Below are positions 11,830 through 23,700 of a stretch of DNA of 64,000 nucleotides, in pieces. Each line of letters starts with the position of its first letter. The first letter of the stretch is position 1. A program made the translations under genes and the position numbers. The notes under the pieces were generated by a model. It was given only the letters and a program-made list of their open reading frames with translations, was not told where the DNA came from and ran no database searches. This DNA is from Anthoceros angustus (Eukaryota; Plantae; Anthocerotophyta): the NCBI GenBank assembly GCA_010909165.1, contig MU008163.1, forward strand, positions 930,001 through 994,000. Direction: 5' to 3'.

Positions 11830-14470
11830 CTAGGGGTGGGGCTTCCGGGCATCGGGAAGTTGTTAGTCGTCTTCAGCGCTTTTGGGCTGGTGACTGGGCA
11901 TCCCTCCAAGAGAAGGCTCTGCATGCTACCAAGGCTCGATGCACTGCATAAATAGAGAATGTCCGATAATGCAACAAACTGCCACGGAAGTTGCTTGGCA
12001 GGGTGAATATGCCCGCGCTGCTAGGGCTCTTCGACCCCTCCCCTTGGTCCCCGCTTCTGAAGAGACCATTGCTGCTCTCCGTGCCCTCCATCCAGCACCC
12101 AAGGATGCCATCCCCCGCGACATATCCGATTATGTACCGGAGGATCCCTTCTCCTTGGATCAGGCAGCTTTTGCTTTGGCACTCTCTACGACCCCACGTC
12201 TTTCATCTGCCGGGTTGTCAGGAATGGTGTTTGAACACCTCAAGGACCTTTTTCTCCCTGAAGATCCATCTAGTGGCTTCCCATAGCTCTTTTCCCAGGC
12301 CACTGTGGTAGCTCGGGGAGAGATGCCTCACTGGATTTCCCTTATTCTTGCAGCTAGCAGGCTTGTCGCTATGGACAAGCTGCCCCGCTTCGATCGTTCG
12401 CCCACTCGCGGATGGGGAAGCCTTCAAATGGCTTCTTAGCCGCACTATTGCCCTTCGGTCGCTCCTTCTCCAAGAAGACCTCAACCCCTTCAATTTGCAT
12501 TACACCGTGGTGTGCTTGGAGTGAAGGCATGCCTTAATACCTACCCGGAGTGGGTGGTCTTACATGTGGATGTCGAGAATGCTTTCAATACCATTTCCTG
12601 GAGTGTCATCTTTGAGGAGCTTAGGCATCCTGGCGCCATCCTAGGGAGCCTTATACCTTTTGTCCGGTGCTTCTACGGGAGGTCCTCCAACCTCTACTGC
12701 CAACAAAAGAACGTCTCTTCAGGATTTGCCGTCTTTGTCTTGGAATCGGCCATAGGTTCCAGGCAAGGCGGCCCCTTGGGCGGTGCTCTCTTCACCATTT
12801 CTCACTATAGGGCCCTATCCAGGGCCGCCTTCTCTGTGTGCCCTGTTCGTGAGGATTCTCACATCCTCAGGCTTGGGGACAAGGTCAAGGAGGCCTTTGA
12901 GCTCTTCTCTCATGAGCTTTCTTTGGTGGGCTTGAAGGTCAAGTTGTTCAAGTGCGGCTCGGTCTCCGCTGGGATCCTGCCATTTGCGCTCACTGGGAGA
13001 TTGCTCGGCTTTGGGATCATGGACTCTAAGGGTCCCTTCTGCCTCGACTTCATCGGGAGCTTCTTGGACCAGGCTCTCGCAGAGGACCTCTCCCATGTCA
13101 AGGACCTTCCCCATGTCAAGGACCTCCCTTTGCTGGAGGATGCACAGATCCTTATGAGTGAAGTTCTTTCCTCCTATTTTGCTAGGCGCCTTGGTTACCT
13201 CATCTGTACGCTGCCTCCGTCTTCGGTCCTTTTGTCTCGGCTTTGGGGGTTTGATAGGAAGAGTATGGATACTCTTGGGAACATCTTGGGCTCAGGGGCT
13301 TTTAAGTGCCCTGTGGGCGATCTGGCCCATTGGGAACCGTCCCTGCCTGTGCAATTTGGACGCACAGGTCTGTTCTCGTTGGAGGTCTCTTCCCGATGAT
13401 TGGGCCCTCTGCCTTTTCGCTGCTTCTCCATGGCCAGGCCTTTTCTAGAGGATCTCGTATCAGGTATGGCGGAGGGAACCTTCTCTCTCCAAATGTCCTT
13501 GAGGTAGGCCATAAACATGTTATCAATGCATGCTCGGAAGGACTTCCCTCCTTTCTCGACATTTATCACTGATGGTTTGTGGGTTCTGAGACATCCTCGC
13601 CGAGAAGCTCGGCGCCGCTTGTCCTCATGGACCCCTCCATCCCCAAGTCCACAAGAGCGCGGCTCCGCTCTTGTTCTGGGAAGGGCACATGTGCTTGGCT
13701 ATTGGCTCGCCCATGCATACGGGGTTTTCACATCGCACCAACCACCTTCACTACTGCGATGGGATTCTGTCTTGGCCTGCTCCAGCTTGTGGCTTCTTCG
13801 CTCCTTGCGAGTGCGGCTCTGCCCTCGATGATTCTGGGGTACACCTTGCTTGTTGTCCCCGTGGGGGTCATCGCATTGCCACCCACGATGTCATCCGCGA
13901 TGTCATGTTTGTCATCGCTCGCGAAAGCGGCTACATGGCCTGGAGGGAGTGGGGGTATACTCTCCATACAGGTTGTTTAATAAGGGTCACCTGCATCGTC
14001 CGGCGACGTGTTTTCGGGTGGTATTCGATCACGACATGACATCATCTCCGCTCAATCATCACTAACCGTCCAGGTTGGGCTGCTGCTGGAGCAGCGACTC
14101 TCAAGGTCCGCAAATATAGCAAGATGCAAGCGGGCCACCTCTTTATTCCGCTTGCACAAGAAAAGTATGGGCCAATGGCTGAGGACTTTGACAAATTTGT
14201 CAAGTCCTGTGCCAAAGATTACCATGCGCGCGCGCAAGCACGCATGGTACGGTGGATCCTCCACAAGGCGGCGACAGTAGGTGATGCATCTTCTTCTACC
14301 TCCGTGGTTTGCATACAGGTTGTTTATTCTTCCTGCATATGACATTGTGGGTACAGTAGGTGACTTTAGGTAGGGAGCTCAGCCGCTCCTCTCCACCTCG
14401 ACCCTCGGGGTCCTCTTTGGTTGTCCCCTCTTGGATGGGCTCTTCCCATCATTTTTTCACCTCAATAAAA
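11830..14470 (+). mobile_element. 5'-truncated, degenerate non-LTR retrotransposon of CRE/SLACS type (RT, zinc knuckle, restriction-like endonuclease)
   Basis: GEYARAARAL, VLHVDVENAFNTISW, GSRQGGPLGGALF, EDSHIL (degenerate YxDD), LVGLKVKLFKC, CECGSALDDSGVHLACCPRGGHRIATHDVIRD and FIPLAQEKYG. 3' UTR ends in CAATAAAA. Confidence 0.8.
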
Positions 14471-17220
14471 TATGTTAGTTATGGAATGAAAGATATGGTT
14501 TCTAGCTAAAGCTATGGCTCCTTGGCTATCATTAAATAATGATGTAGAGTTACTTTGCGGATGATTGAGCTCATCTAAAGCTAACCTACTCCAGACAATA
14601 TCTTTAGCAACTGAGGTTAGTACTGATCCCGACTGATTTGACAGGGGCAATGGTAGGTTGTTTCTTACTTGACCAGGAGATAGGAGCGTTGCCTAAGATG
14701 AGCACATAACGTGATACAAACTTTCGTGTGTCAGGGTCACCAGCATAGGTGGCGTCGACATAAGCTATTAAAGTTAACTTGGTAATACATTAATCCAGTG
14801 TGCATGGTGCCCTTAAGATATCTGAATATGCGCTTAACTGACATTTAGTGTTCACGTTCAGTATTCTCCAAAAACTGTGAACAAGCGCTAACTTCGAAAG
14901 ATATATCATGTCTTGTAAAATTACTTAAATATATTAGGGTGCCAACTGCATGTCTATATGAAATAGCAGACATCGCCAATTTATCCGCATCTGTCTTTAG
15001 ACTCATAGCAGAGGTAAGTCGTATGCCGCAAGCAAAAGGAGTAGGAGCAAGCTTCGCACCCTCAAGTCCAAATTTAATTGAACTTTCCTTAATATACTTG
15101 GTTTGAACTATACTTAAAGTTCTATTGATTCTATCTCATATGTCAGCTCCTCTGGATCAATCATTTCAAAATGACTTCGTAACCAAGCCTTAATTTCAGC
15201 TAAAAGGGAAGTTGATGATGAAGCCATGAATAGGTAATCAACATATAATACGAGATAAAGTATATCATTTCCAGATATTAAGATATATGTACTAGCATCA
15301 GCCTTCGTTTGTTTGAAACCTCGTTTGACTAGCTTAATATGAAAAGTCACATTCCATTCCTTGCCTGATTACCTCAAGCCATACATGCATTTAATACGTT
15401 TGCATACCCAATTTTCTTTGCCTTTAACTTCATAAGCCTCAAGTTGTCTCATGTAGATTTCTTCTTGACGATGTCCATATAAATAAGTTGTCTTCACGTC
15501 CATCATATGGAGATGGTCATGTGGAGCAGTTAAGGCTTGGAATCTTGGTAAACCCTCTTGCCACCGGATGTGCTTTATAGCGCTCAATAGAGCCATCTTC
15601 TTTTCTTTTAATCTTGAATGCCCATATACTAGTTTCAATTTTTCTTCCTTTGGGTGGCCTAACTAATACCCATGTTGAGTTTTTAAGTAAGAAGTTATAC
15701 TTGGAATCTACAGCTATCTTCCACAAGTCTTTTTCAGGTGATGTGAAAGCTTGTTTTAAGATGAATGGTTCTGTAAGATCAGATGTGGCCTTGTATACAG
15801 TCTTTAGATGAGGGGATGCTGAAGAAATATGTTCATCAACCATAGCAAGGTATCCTAAAGGAGGTTCCTTCCATCCTGCTGCAGGCTCAGAAATAGTGGG
15901 TCAAGGACGAAGGTTGAACCTTGGAGCAGGGTGTTCATCTTCCACGTCCTCCTCAAACACTGACGTCGCAACAAGAATATCCGGATCATGATCAGAATCC
16001 TCGGAAGCATAGCCAAGATCAGGGCCCTAGTCATAATTTGAGTCACCAGGTTCCGCATTGGGAAGATCCTCAAGGTGTTGAGGTTCATGGGTATCAAATG
16101 GAGGTGTGTTAGGTCGTGGAAGAGATAATAACTCCTCCTCTTCCTGCACAAGAGGTTTAACCAAAGGAGCTTGGGCGGTAGGAAGAGGAAAATGAGTAAT
16201 ATAATCACTATCACCAAAAGAGGAATAGTCGCAATCCTCAATGGGTAAAGGAGGAAGATTGCCATAATCCGTAGCTCTCACTGAAGGAGAAAATAGGTAA
16301 GACTCATTGAAGGTAATACTTTGGGCATATAGAAGCTTTCTAGTAGATGGATCAACACTACTAGGGAGAGGGGTGTTTTACAAAACCCCTTTTGCAAATC
16401 CCCCAATCTTTACAACGTCTAAACACCTCCGTTGTAAATTGGTTTAAGTTTCGCTGATGTGGCAAGTTTTAAGACTCGATTTACAACGGGGGTTTCTAGT
16501 TGGATGATGTGGCACTCTTTTGGGTGCTCATTTACAACAACGGATTGATGACGTGGCTCCCACGTTGTAGATTACGTTGTAAAAGCCTTTTTTTCAAAAT
16601 TTGATGTTTATTTTTCTAAAAATCTTTATTAACTCTTTATGGCTATACCGAAGGCATCAAAGGTTACGAGTTATTTGCAAATAACTCGTAACCTTTGATG
16701 GCTTCGGTATAGCCAATAAAAGTATACTTGGTAGCCTTGAGATCTAACTTCTTACATTGTGATTTAGGAAAAAACATGTAAGCACGAGATCCAAAAATTC
16801 GAAGATGATCGATAGAAGGCTTTTTACCAGTCAAAGCTTCATATGGAGTCATGCCTAGAACAGTAGATGTAGGCAATCTATTGATGAGATAAGTGGCTGT
16901 AAGAATAGCTTCAGCCCAATAAACTTTTGGTAAGTGTGTTTGGGATAACAAACAGCCTCTGATCTCTTATTGGCTTAAATTCTTATTTTTTGCTACGCCA
17001 TTTTGTTGAAGAGTGTGTATAACAGTGAATTGTTGAGCTATGCCTTCAGCTCTACAAAACTTAACAAATGCATATGATGGAAACTCGCCAACATTGTCAG
17101 AACGTAAGGTCTTGAGTTTTTTATTTGTTAACCTCTCAGCCCAAGGCATGTCATCCTTGAGGAAATGATAAGCATCACTCTTGTGCTTGAAGATATAGGT
17201 AAGAAAGCGAGAGTAGTCGT
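14462..17220 (-). mobile_element. Degenerate Copia pol fragment (integrase-RT-RNase H), related to the element at 49635-62248
   Basis: Integrase KTLRSDNVGEF and YWAEAILTATYLINRLPT. RT WAFKIKRKEDGSIERYKA and LYLVLYVDYL. RNase H QGAIALARN. Confidence 0.88.
16356..16640 (+). mobile_element. Single CACTA (En/Spm) terminus with subterminal repeats, inserted in the Copia integrase region
   Basis: Starts CACTACTAGGGA and carries about six TTTACAACG/CGTTGTAAA motifs in both orientations. A 3-bp CAA lies at 16353-16355 and at 16678-16680. No TAGTG right end. Confidence 0.7.
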
Positions 17221-18465
17221 ATGGTAATGAACAAAGGTAGAGAAATCACTTTTGATGGCTATGCACTAGCCAACGTGCTAGTAGAATCGGAGCGATCCGG
17301 TATTTGGGAGCTCATATTCGTGAAGCTCTTAAATGTATGGTAGTAAGCTCATACCAATTGATGTGAGCATCACGACCTCGCAGCACCAAGGAGCAAGTTC
17401 TTGGAAGGACAAAGGATCATGTGAAGATAAAACTCAAGCTGCACGCTGATGCGTGTGTAGTGGAGGTGGAGTGCTTGGTAACTAACGCCAAGACATATGA
17501 TGTGTTGCTGGAGGCAGATGCTACACATGGCCCTGCGATGGGTGTTGATCTGAAGCCTTTAAATGCGCCACCTGGAAAGATGGCGATTCGCCATTCCCTT
17601 GGAGTGCAATTCAGGACTCGATTTCGTAGCTCTGTACTCACAAACACTACATACGCTCTGTACTCACAAACGCTACATACGCTGAATGCCCCGAGTCGTA
17701 CCTATTTGTGAGCTGGGCTCTTCCCACCTGTAGAAGTCCGTAGCATGTGTGATATACCCCTCTTCTCTCATTTCACATATCTATCTCTCAAACAACAATT
17801 ATCGCAAAAGCTAATCAACGTCACTAGCATGGGAGAAACGTCCCACCAAAAAGTGGTCCACTGCTCACCTAGAGACGTCATAGCAGCCACTCCACTACAA
17901 TGGAAGTCCATGTTAACAACGTAATAGACCGCAACTAAACATGTACAATCGAGAAACCAGTAGCATCATTTTCCAAGTCAACCAAGCAATGAGAAAGGAA
18001 AAAAATAACATGAATTGCGGTCTCTCAATGAGCATAGATAGATTGTCAAGGAGCATAAATACATTGACTTTCATGGTTGAGCAATTAACTTCTAAGAACA
18101 TGTTAACAGCGCAATACACCAACGCAACTAGTCCCAAAGCTACAATTGATGATAGCCATGGAACCCAAAAATCTGGAAATAAAACCTCCATCGTAGTTTC
18201 CACATGGCACAAAGCATAAAGAAACTATAGAGAAAACTTAAAATATCTATAAAAAGAAATACTCCAACGCATTTGCTCCCAAAGTTACAACTAGTGATAG
18301 CCCTGGGACCCAAAAATATGGACAAAAAACATGGATAAAAATTTCTACACAGCACACAGCAATAAAAAAATCCAACAAAACCTTGGAATAGGCATGAAAT
18401 TGAGTTCTGAATTGCCCTCTATGAATAAACATAGATAGATTGTGTAGATTGTCAATGAGCATAAA

Positions 18466-18630
18466 TATAATAACTTTCATGGTTGAGCCAATAGCTTCTA
18501 TGGTTGAGCGAATAACTTCTATGGTTGAGCAAATAACTTCTATGGTTGAGCGAATAGCTTCTATGGTTGAGCGAATAGCTTCTATAATTGAGCGAATAAC
18601 TTCTATGGTTGAGCGAATAGCTTGTATGAT
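18466..18630. repeat. 21-bp minisatellite (ATGGTTGAGCGAATAGCTTCT), about 7-8 copies
   Basis: Directly visible. Translates as MVERIAS repeats. Confidence 0.9.
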
Positions 18631-18760
18631 TGAGCTAGGTATTTCTAATTGCCAAAAGTAACAAAAGATAAGTGAGAAGAAAGTCGTAATAGAGTTAATA
18701 GCTAGCCGGCAATAGTAGAACCAATATCATATCACGTACAACAATAAAGAACATGAAGCT

Positions 18761-19552
18761 TCATAACATGAACAAAGACCAACACAAGTGCTTAGACAGA
18801 CCTTCAACCTCAGTAGACCTGGGGGCAAGAGCATTCTCTGCAAACTGGATTTTGGTGGCGAGGTCGTGCAGGCAGTCCAACTCAAAGGGGCGCTGAGTAG
18901 GGCGAGTCCCCTCCTCCCCCCTAGTGATCCGGATGCCCTGGTTGACATGATCCTTCAACTCCGCCATCTGTGCCTTTGAAACCATCCCAACGCGGGCACC
19001 CTGGAGAATAGTGTTGGAGAGGTCCCACACATGGCTTAGGTCTTGCAAGGTCAAGATTGGGCTAGAGATGATGGTGCCTAGTTGCACAAGAGCCTCCGCG
19101 ACCAGATCCCGCGATTGTGAGACCAAGGCTCTCTGCAGAGTGTTAGCCGCAAACAACTGAGAGTGAAGCCAGCTTGGCTCCAGCAGAATAGAGCTGGACA
19201 TGGTTTGCTTGAGCGCTTCGTTCAACACTTCTTGCCAATGAGACAGATGTTGGCAACGAGCCTTAATCACCGACCAATCTGTGATCTGCTTCGCCCAGCG
19301 AATTGCCAGTTCGAAGGTGATCTCGGACAACGGTGCAGGAGGATTCACTTGCGCTGCTACACGCCAGGCCTTGGCATTGAATTGAACCCACTGTATTACA
19401 TAAGTGAAGACTCGAGTGCTAAGAAGGAGAGAGGAGGAAGGAGGGACGAAGGAGCGGGGTTGGTGGGAACTCCGCTCACCACCTCCCCATGGGGCACTAT
19501 GCCTGCCACCTCCCCGTGGGGAACTATGCCCGCCCGTTGTAAAAGGAAACAT
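18761..19552 (-). CDS. Hypothetical 263-codon ORF of unknown function
   Basis: Uninterrupted ORF with helical, protein-like composition. No motif recognised. Confidence 0.3.
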   Translation of the reverse strand: MFPFTTGGHSSPRGGGRHSAPWGGGERSSHQPRSFVPPSSSLLLSTRVFTYVIQWVQFNAKAWRVAAQVNPPAPLSEITFELAIRWAKQITDWSVIKARCQHLSHWQEVLNEALKQTMSSSILLEPSWLHSQLFAANTLQRALVSQSRDLVAEALVQLGTIISSPILTLQDLSHVWDLSNTILQGARVGMVSKAQMAELKDHVNQGIRITRGEEGTRPTQRPFELDCLHDLATKIQFAENALAPRSTEVEGLSKHLCWSLFML

Positions 19553-19684
19553 GGGAAGGGACGTGCTTGAGAAGAAGGGGGCGTGAGCAAGGAGGATGAT
19601 GAACTACTTACACCCCGAAGACCACGTAGATTTCAAGAAAAAAGCCTCAACCTCAGTCATCAGGCAAACTTATATAGGGCTGTA

Positions 19685-20405
19685 AGTACTCCAAACTTAG
19701 TAATTATATGCTTATAAACTTAGAATTGCTATATATGAATATTGCATGTTGTTTTAGGTTTTAGGATATGGGGGTGTGAGTACTCCAAGCTTGGTAATTA
19801 CTACATACAAGTTTTTCTTATAAGCTTAGAATCAAACTTGTTTAGGGGTGTGAGTATCTATTCCAAGTTTAGTAATTATTGCTTAGAAGATTGCTTATAC
19901 ACTTCAAATTGCTATATATGAATATTATATGTTATTTTAGTTTTTACATTATAGAAGTGTGATTACTCCAAGTTTAGTAATTATTATGTACAATTTTGCT
20001 TATAACCTTAGAATCAAACTTGTATCGCGGTATAAGTATCTACTCCAAACTTAGTAATTATTTATTACAAATGGGAGTGTAGTTTGTGGGGAGTCACTAT
20101 CCGGGAGTGAATGCACCACTCACATGAAAACTCGGCCCGAGAGGGCAGCTTACATACTACAACATCAACCCTTGGCTCGGCGTGACAAGAACGAGGTAAT
20201 ACCAAATTTGCGTACATGAATATTGCATGTTATTTTAGGTTTTAAATTATAAGGATGTGAATACTCCAAGCTTAGTAATTACTATATATAAAATTTCTCA
20301 TAAGCTTAGAATCAAACTTACAGGAGGCTGTCAGTATCTACTCCAAACTTAGTAATTATTATTGCTTATACACTTCAAACTGCTATATATGAATATTGCA
20401 TGTTG
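19685..20405. repeat. AT-rich tandem repeat with roughly 170-180 bp units (core TACTCCAA(A/G)CTTAGTAATTA), interrupted near 20070-20205
   Basis: Blocks tactccaaacttagtaatt, gcttagaatcaaactt and gctatatatgaatattgcatgtt recur in order. Confidence 0.75.
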
Positions 20406-20700
20406 AACCGTCCCGTCTCCAACAAGAGTCTGTGGTGACCGAATGGATATTGGAGCGTGGCAAAGGCATGATTGCCCACCTAATGTAATCAATAAGCCAA
20501 GAAACATAGCCCTGGTTATCGCGAGATGTCGCGGTCATGACCTGGACCCTGCGTAGGATCAAGCATCTTGCTGTTCGAACAAGACAGAACATTGACAGCC
20601 TGAGCCATCTATGTAAGGGAAGCAGGAGCTGAAGCTCGAGCCGATCGTCGCGCGCGCGTCATTCGGGCTCGCAAGCGGCAGAGCTACGGCTGGATCCGGC

Positions 20701-23700
20701 GTGACGATTGCTGGAAGCGGATTCGATGACTCCACAAAGATCTTCTCTAGCACGCAACCTTCCGTTCCTTTGCCAGACGAGCCTGAACTGGGATTCGTGG
20801 AATACCTCGTCTCCAAAACTGCCGCACATATTATGCTTCCCAACTGCATCGACTTCTCTGTGTCTCTTCTTGCCAGTCTGCTGCTCGGGGCAGTGGTCAC
20901 CACCGCCAAGCCCGAAGACACGGACACGGTCAATCCAATGTTCTACGCAGATCTCCAGAGGCATCTCTCTGCTTGGAATATCGACTTCAGCGACTCCTTC
21001 GTTGTTACTTCATATCAAACGTATCACAAGCAGGAGATTTCGTTTGATGAGCTGGATATCATACCATTGCTGGCTGCAGCCCCGCAGCTGATTGCAGATC
21101 CTGAACGCTACGAAGCCGCGATTTTCGACAGTATGATACGCAGACTCAGTATCAGCGAGCCGCTGGAGCATCAGACAGGCAGTGCTTCAGGATGACACCG
21201 CGCTGCTGCTTTTCCCCTCTGGCATGGCAACGGAATCGAGCAAAGGCGTTTTCCTCACGCATCGGAATCTGATAGGGATGGCCACGACTTTCTGTGCCGA
21301 TTTCAGGCTGAATTATGAAGAAGATTCAGAGGACGACGTCTGCATCTGCCTCACTCAGTTCCATGTTTACGGCATTACGGTTACCATTGCACACCTTCTC
21401 AAGGGCTCGACGGTGCCTCACCATGCAGAAGAAGTTCACCATTCGAGAGAATCTAGGCTACTTTGAGGAGCTAGAAATTTTCGCATACCTTGAGAAATAC
21501 GGTGTAACAGACTTGTATGTCCTCCCTGCTATGCTTCTGGAATTTTCGAGAGAGAGAGAGCAGAGGCTTTGCGCAAGTATGATCTCCATCGGTTGACGCG
21601 GACCAACTTCTTTTCACCAGTGGCAAAAGAGATATTGCAGCGCTGCGCATTGTTGTATCCTGGCGTCAAGCTCCTGCAATTATGTAGTTTCGCAGTTCCA
21701 AGAGCTTGGAACACTGCACCCTTTGAATGCCTGTAGTTAGGTTGGAATGTCACTGACTGAATTTAACGCATCGGTTATGTCATCGGACCTTGCCAGGGCT
21801 GTGGATTTTGTTAGAAAACAGTTATTCCCAGGTTCAGTACATTAGAAATGGTGTGCTATGCATACATATATAGCCTTTGGCCTTGTCATACTCTCGATAG
21901 TATGAAACCCTATCTCGCTCCTGGGATAATCCTATATACTTCTAGGACTTATACTCATAACTCTAATATGTGATGTGTTGCACCAATCCTATAGATTTCT
22001 AACACTCCCACTCAACACATCGCTACTCTTTTAAGCCTAACATCTTGCTAAACTTACGTGCTTCTCTAAAGTCAACCCTTTGGTCAAAACATCTGCAGGC
22101 ATGTCCACAGTGGGACAATACGCTAGCTCTATCTCCTTGGATTGAACTTTCTCTCTGATGAAGTGATGCTTTACTTCAATGTGTTTCGTCCTCGCATGAA
22201 AAGTAGCATTCTTTGCTAAGTAAATGCAACCTTGATTGTCGTTGAAGATGGTTGTTGCACCCTTCGCTTAAATCCCATTTCTTGAGCAATCGTCGTAGCC
22301 ATATTGCTTCCATTGTTGCGTGATATTGCCATGTACTCCGCTCAGAGGACAAAGCCACGATGGTGGCGCCTACTACTCCATGAAATGGCTCCCCAAATAG
22401 CATAAATACATATCCTGTGGTAGACTTGCGCCATCGACATCTCCATGTCAATCACAAAATCCAACCACACAGGCTTCTTCATGTCGATCCTTTTGGTATT
22501 TCAACTTCCAATGTTTTGTGCCGCAAGTATCGAATATCCTCTTGATCGCTTGATAATCTTTGTCGAGGTTGGCCAAGAATCGACTCACAACTCCCACGCC
22601 TCGCAATGTCGGGCCTTGTCCTGTTGCCAAATATGTAAGACAGCCAACGCACGTTGATAGAGAGTCTTATCTATCTTCTCTTTCTCCTTTTCGTTGTAGG
22701 GCTCATCTCCTGCGATAGCTTCTCATTGAAGATCATTGGCGTCTTCATGGGTTTGCAATCTTGCATGCCGAAACGCTCCAATATGGTCTCCACATATGTT
22801 TGTTGGCTCAAAGAGATCTTTGTTAGCCCTATTCCTTTCCACCTTTATTCCTAGGGAATAGTGGAGCTCACCCAAATCTCTCATGTCAAAGCTTGCATTA
22901 AGGCTTTGCTTTCGAGTCTAAGAGTTCCATGTCATTGCTAGCAATAATCAAATCGTCCACATAGACAGCAATGATAATTATGGATTCTCCCACTCTCTTC
23001 ACATAGATATTCCAATCAGCATTGGTTTTCTTGAAACCTCTAGACTGGAAAAACACATCAACCTTACGATACCAAGCAAGGGCAGATTGCTTAAGACCAT
23101 ACAGAGCCTTTAGCAGCCTACATACCTCTCCCTCGCGTCCTGGTATTTCGTATCCCTCTGGTTGGTCCATGTAGATCTCTTCATCCAGATCTCCATTCAG
23201 GAGAGCGAGTAACATCCATATGATGTATCTCCATGTCGGCTGCGATAGCTAGGAGAGCTCGGATAGATGCTATCTTAGCGACGGGGAGAAGGTATCGATA
23301 ATCCACACAGGACTTGTGTATATCCTTTCCCCACCAGCCTTGCCTTGTAGCGCTCTATGCTTCCATCGCCTTGCGCTTAATCTTGAATGTCCACTTTGAT
23401 CCTATGCTCTTCCTTCCGTGAGGTAGAGGAGTGATTGCCCAAGTTTTGTTCTTGAGAAGAGAGTTATACTCCATCACGGCTTCTTTCCACTCCTTTGCCT
23501 TTTGGTCCTTCCAATGCTTCCTTAGGCTTTGTGGTTCGCATCGCCAACCATGCCTCCTCATACACACATGCATTCATGGATTCCAAGATCTTCGAAGGTT
23601 TCCATTGTCTCGTTGATCTTCTCAAGATTGGTTGTCTCTCTCGAATACTTGAGCTTCCTCTTCTTCGTCAATTCGACAATGCTTTGATCTTCATCTACTT

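Noticed and set aside
17347-17823. Possible LTR with a PBS-like TGGTATGAGC and a protease-like peptide (YDVLLE)
   Set aside because: The PBS is imperfect, there is no partner LTR or TSD, and orientation cues conflict.
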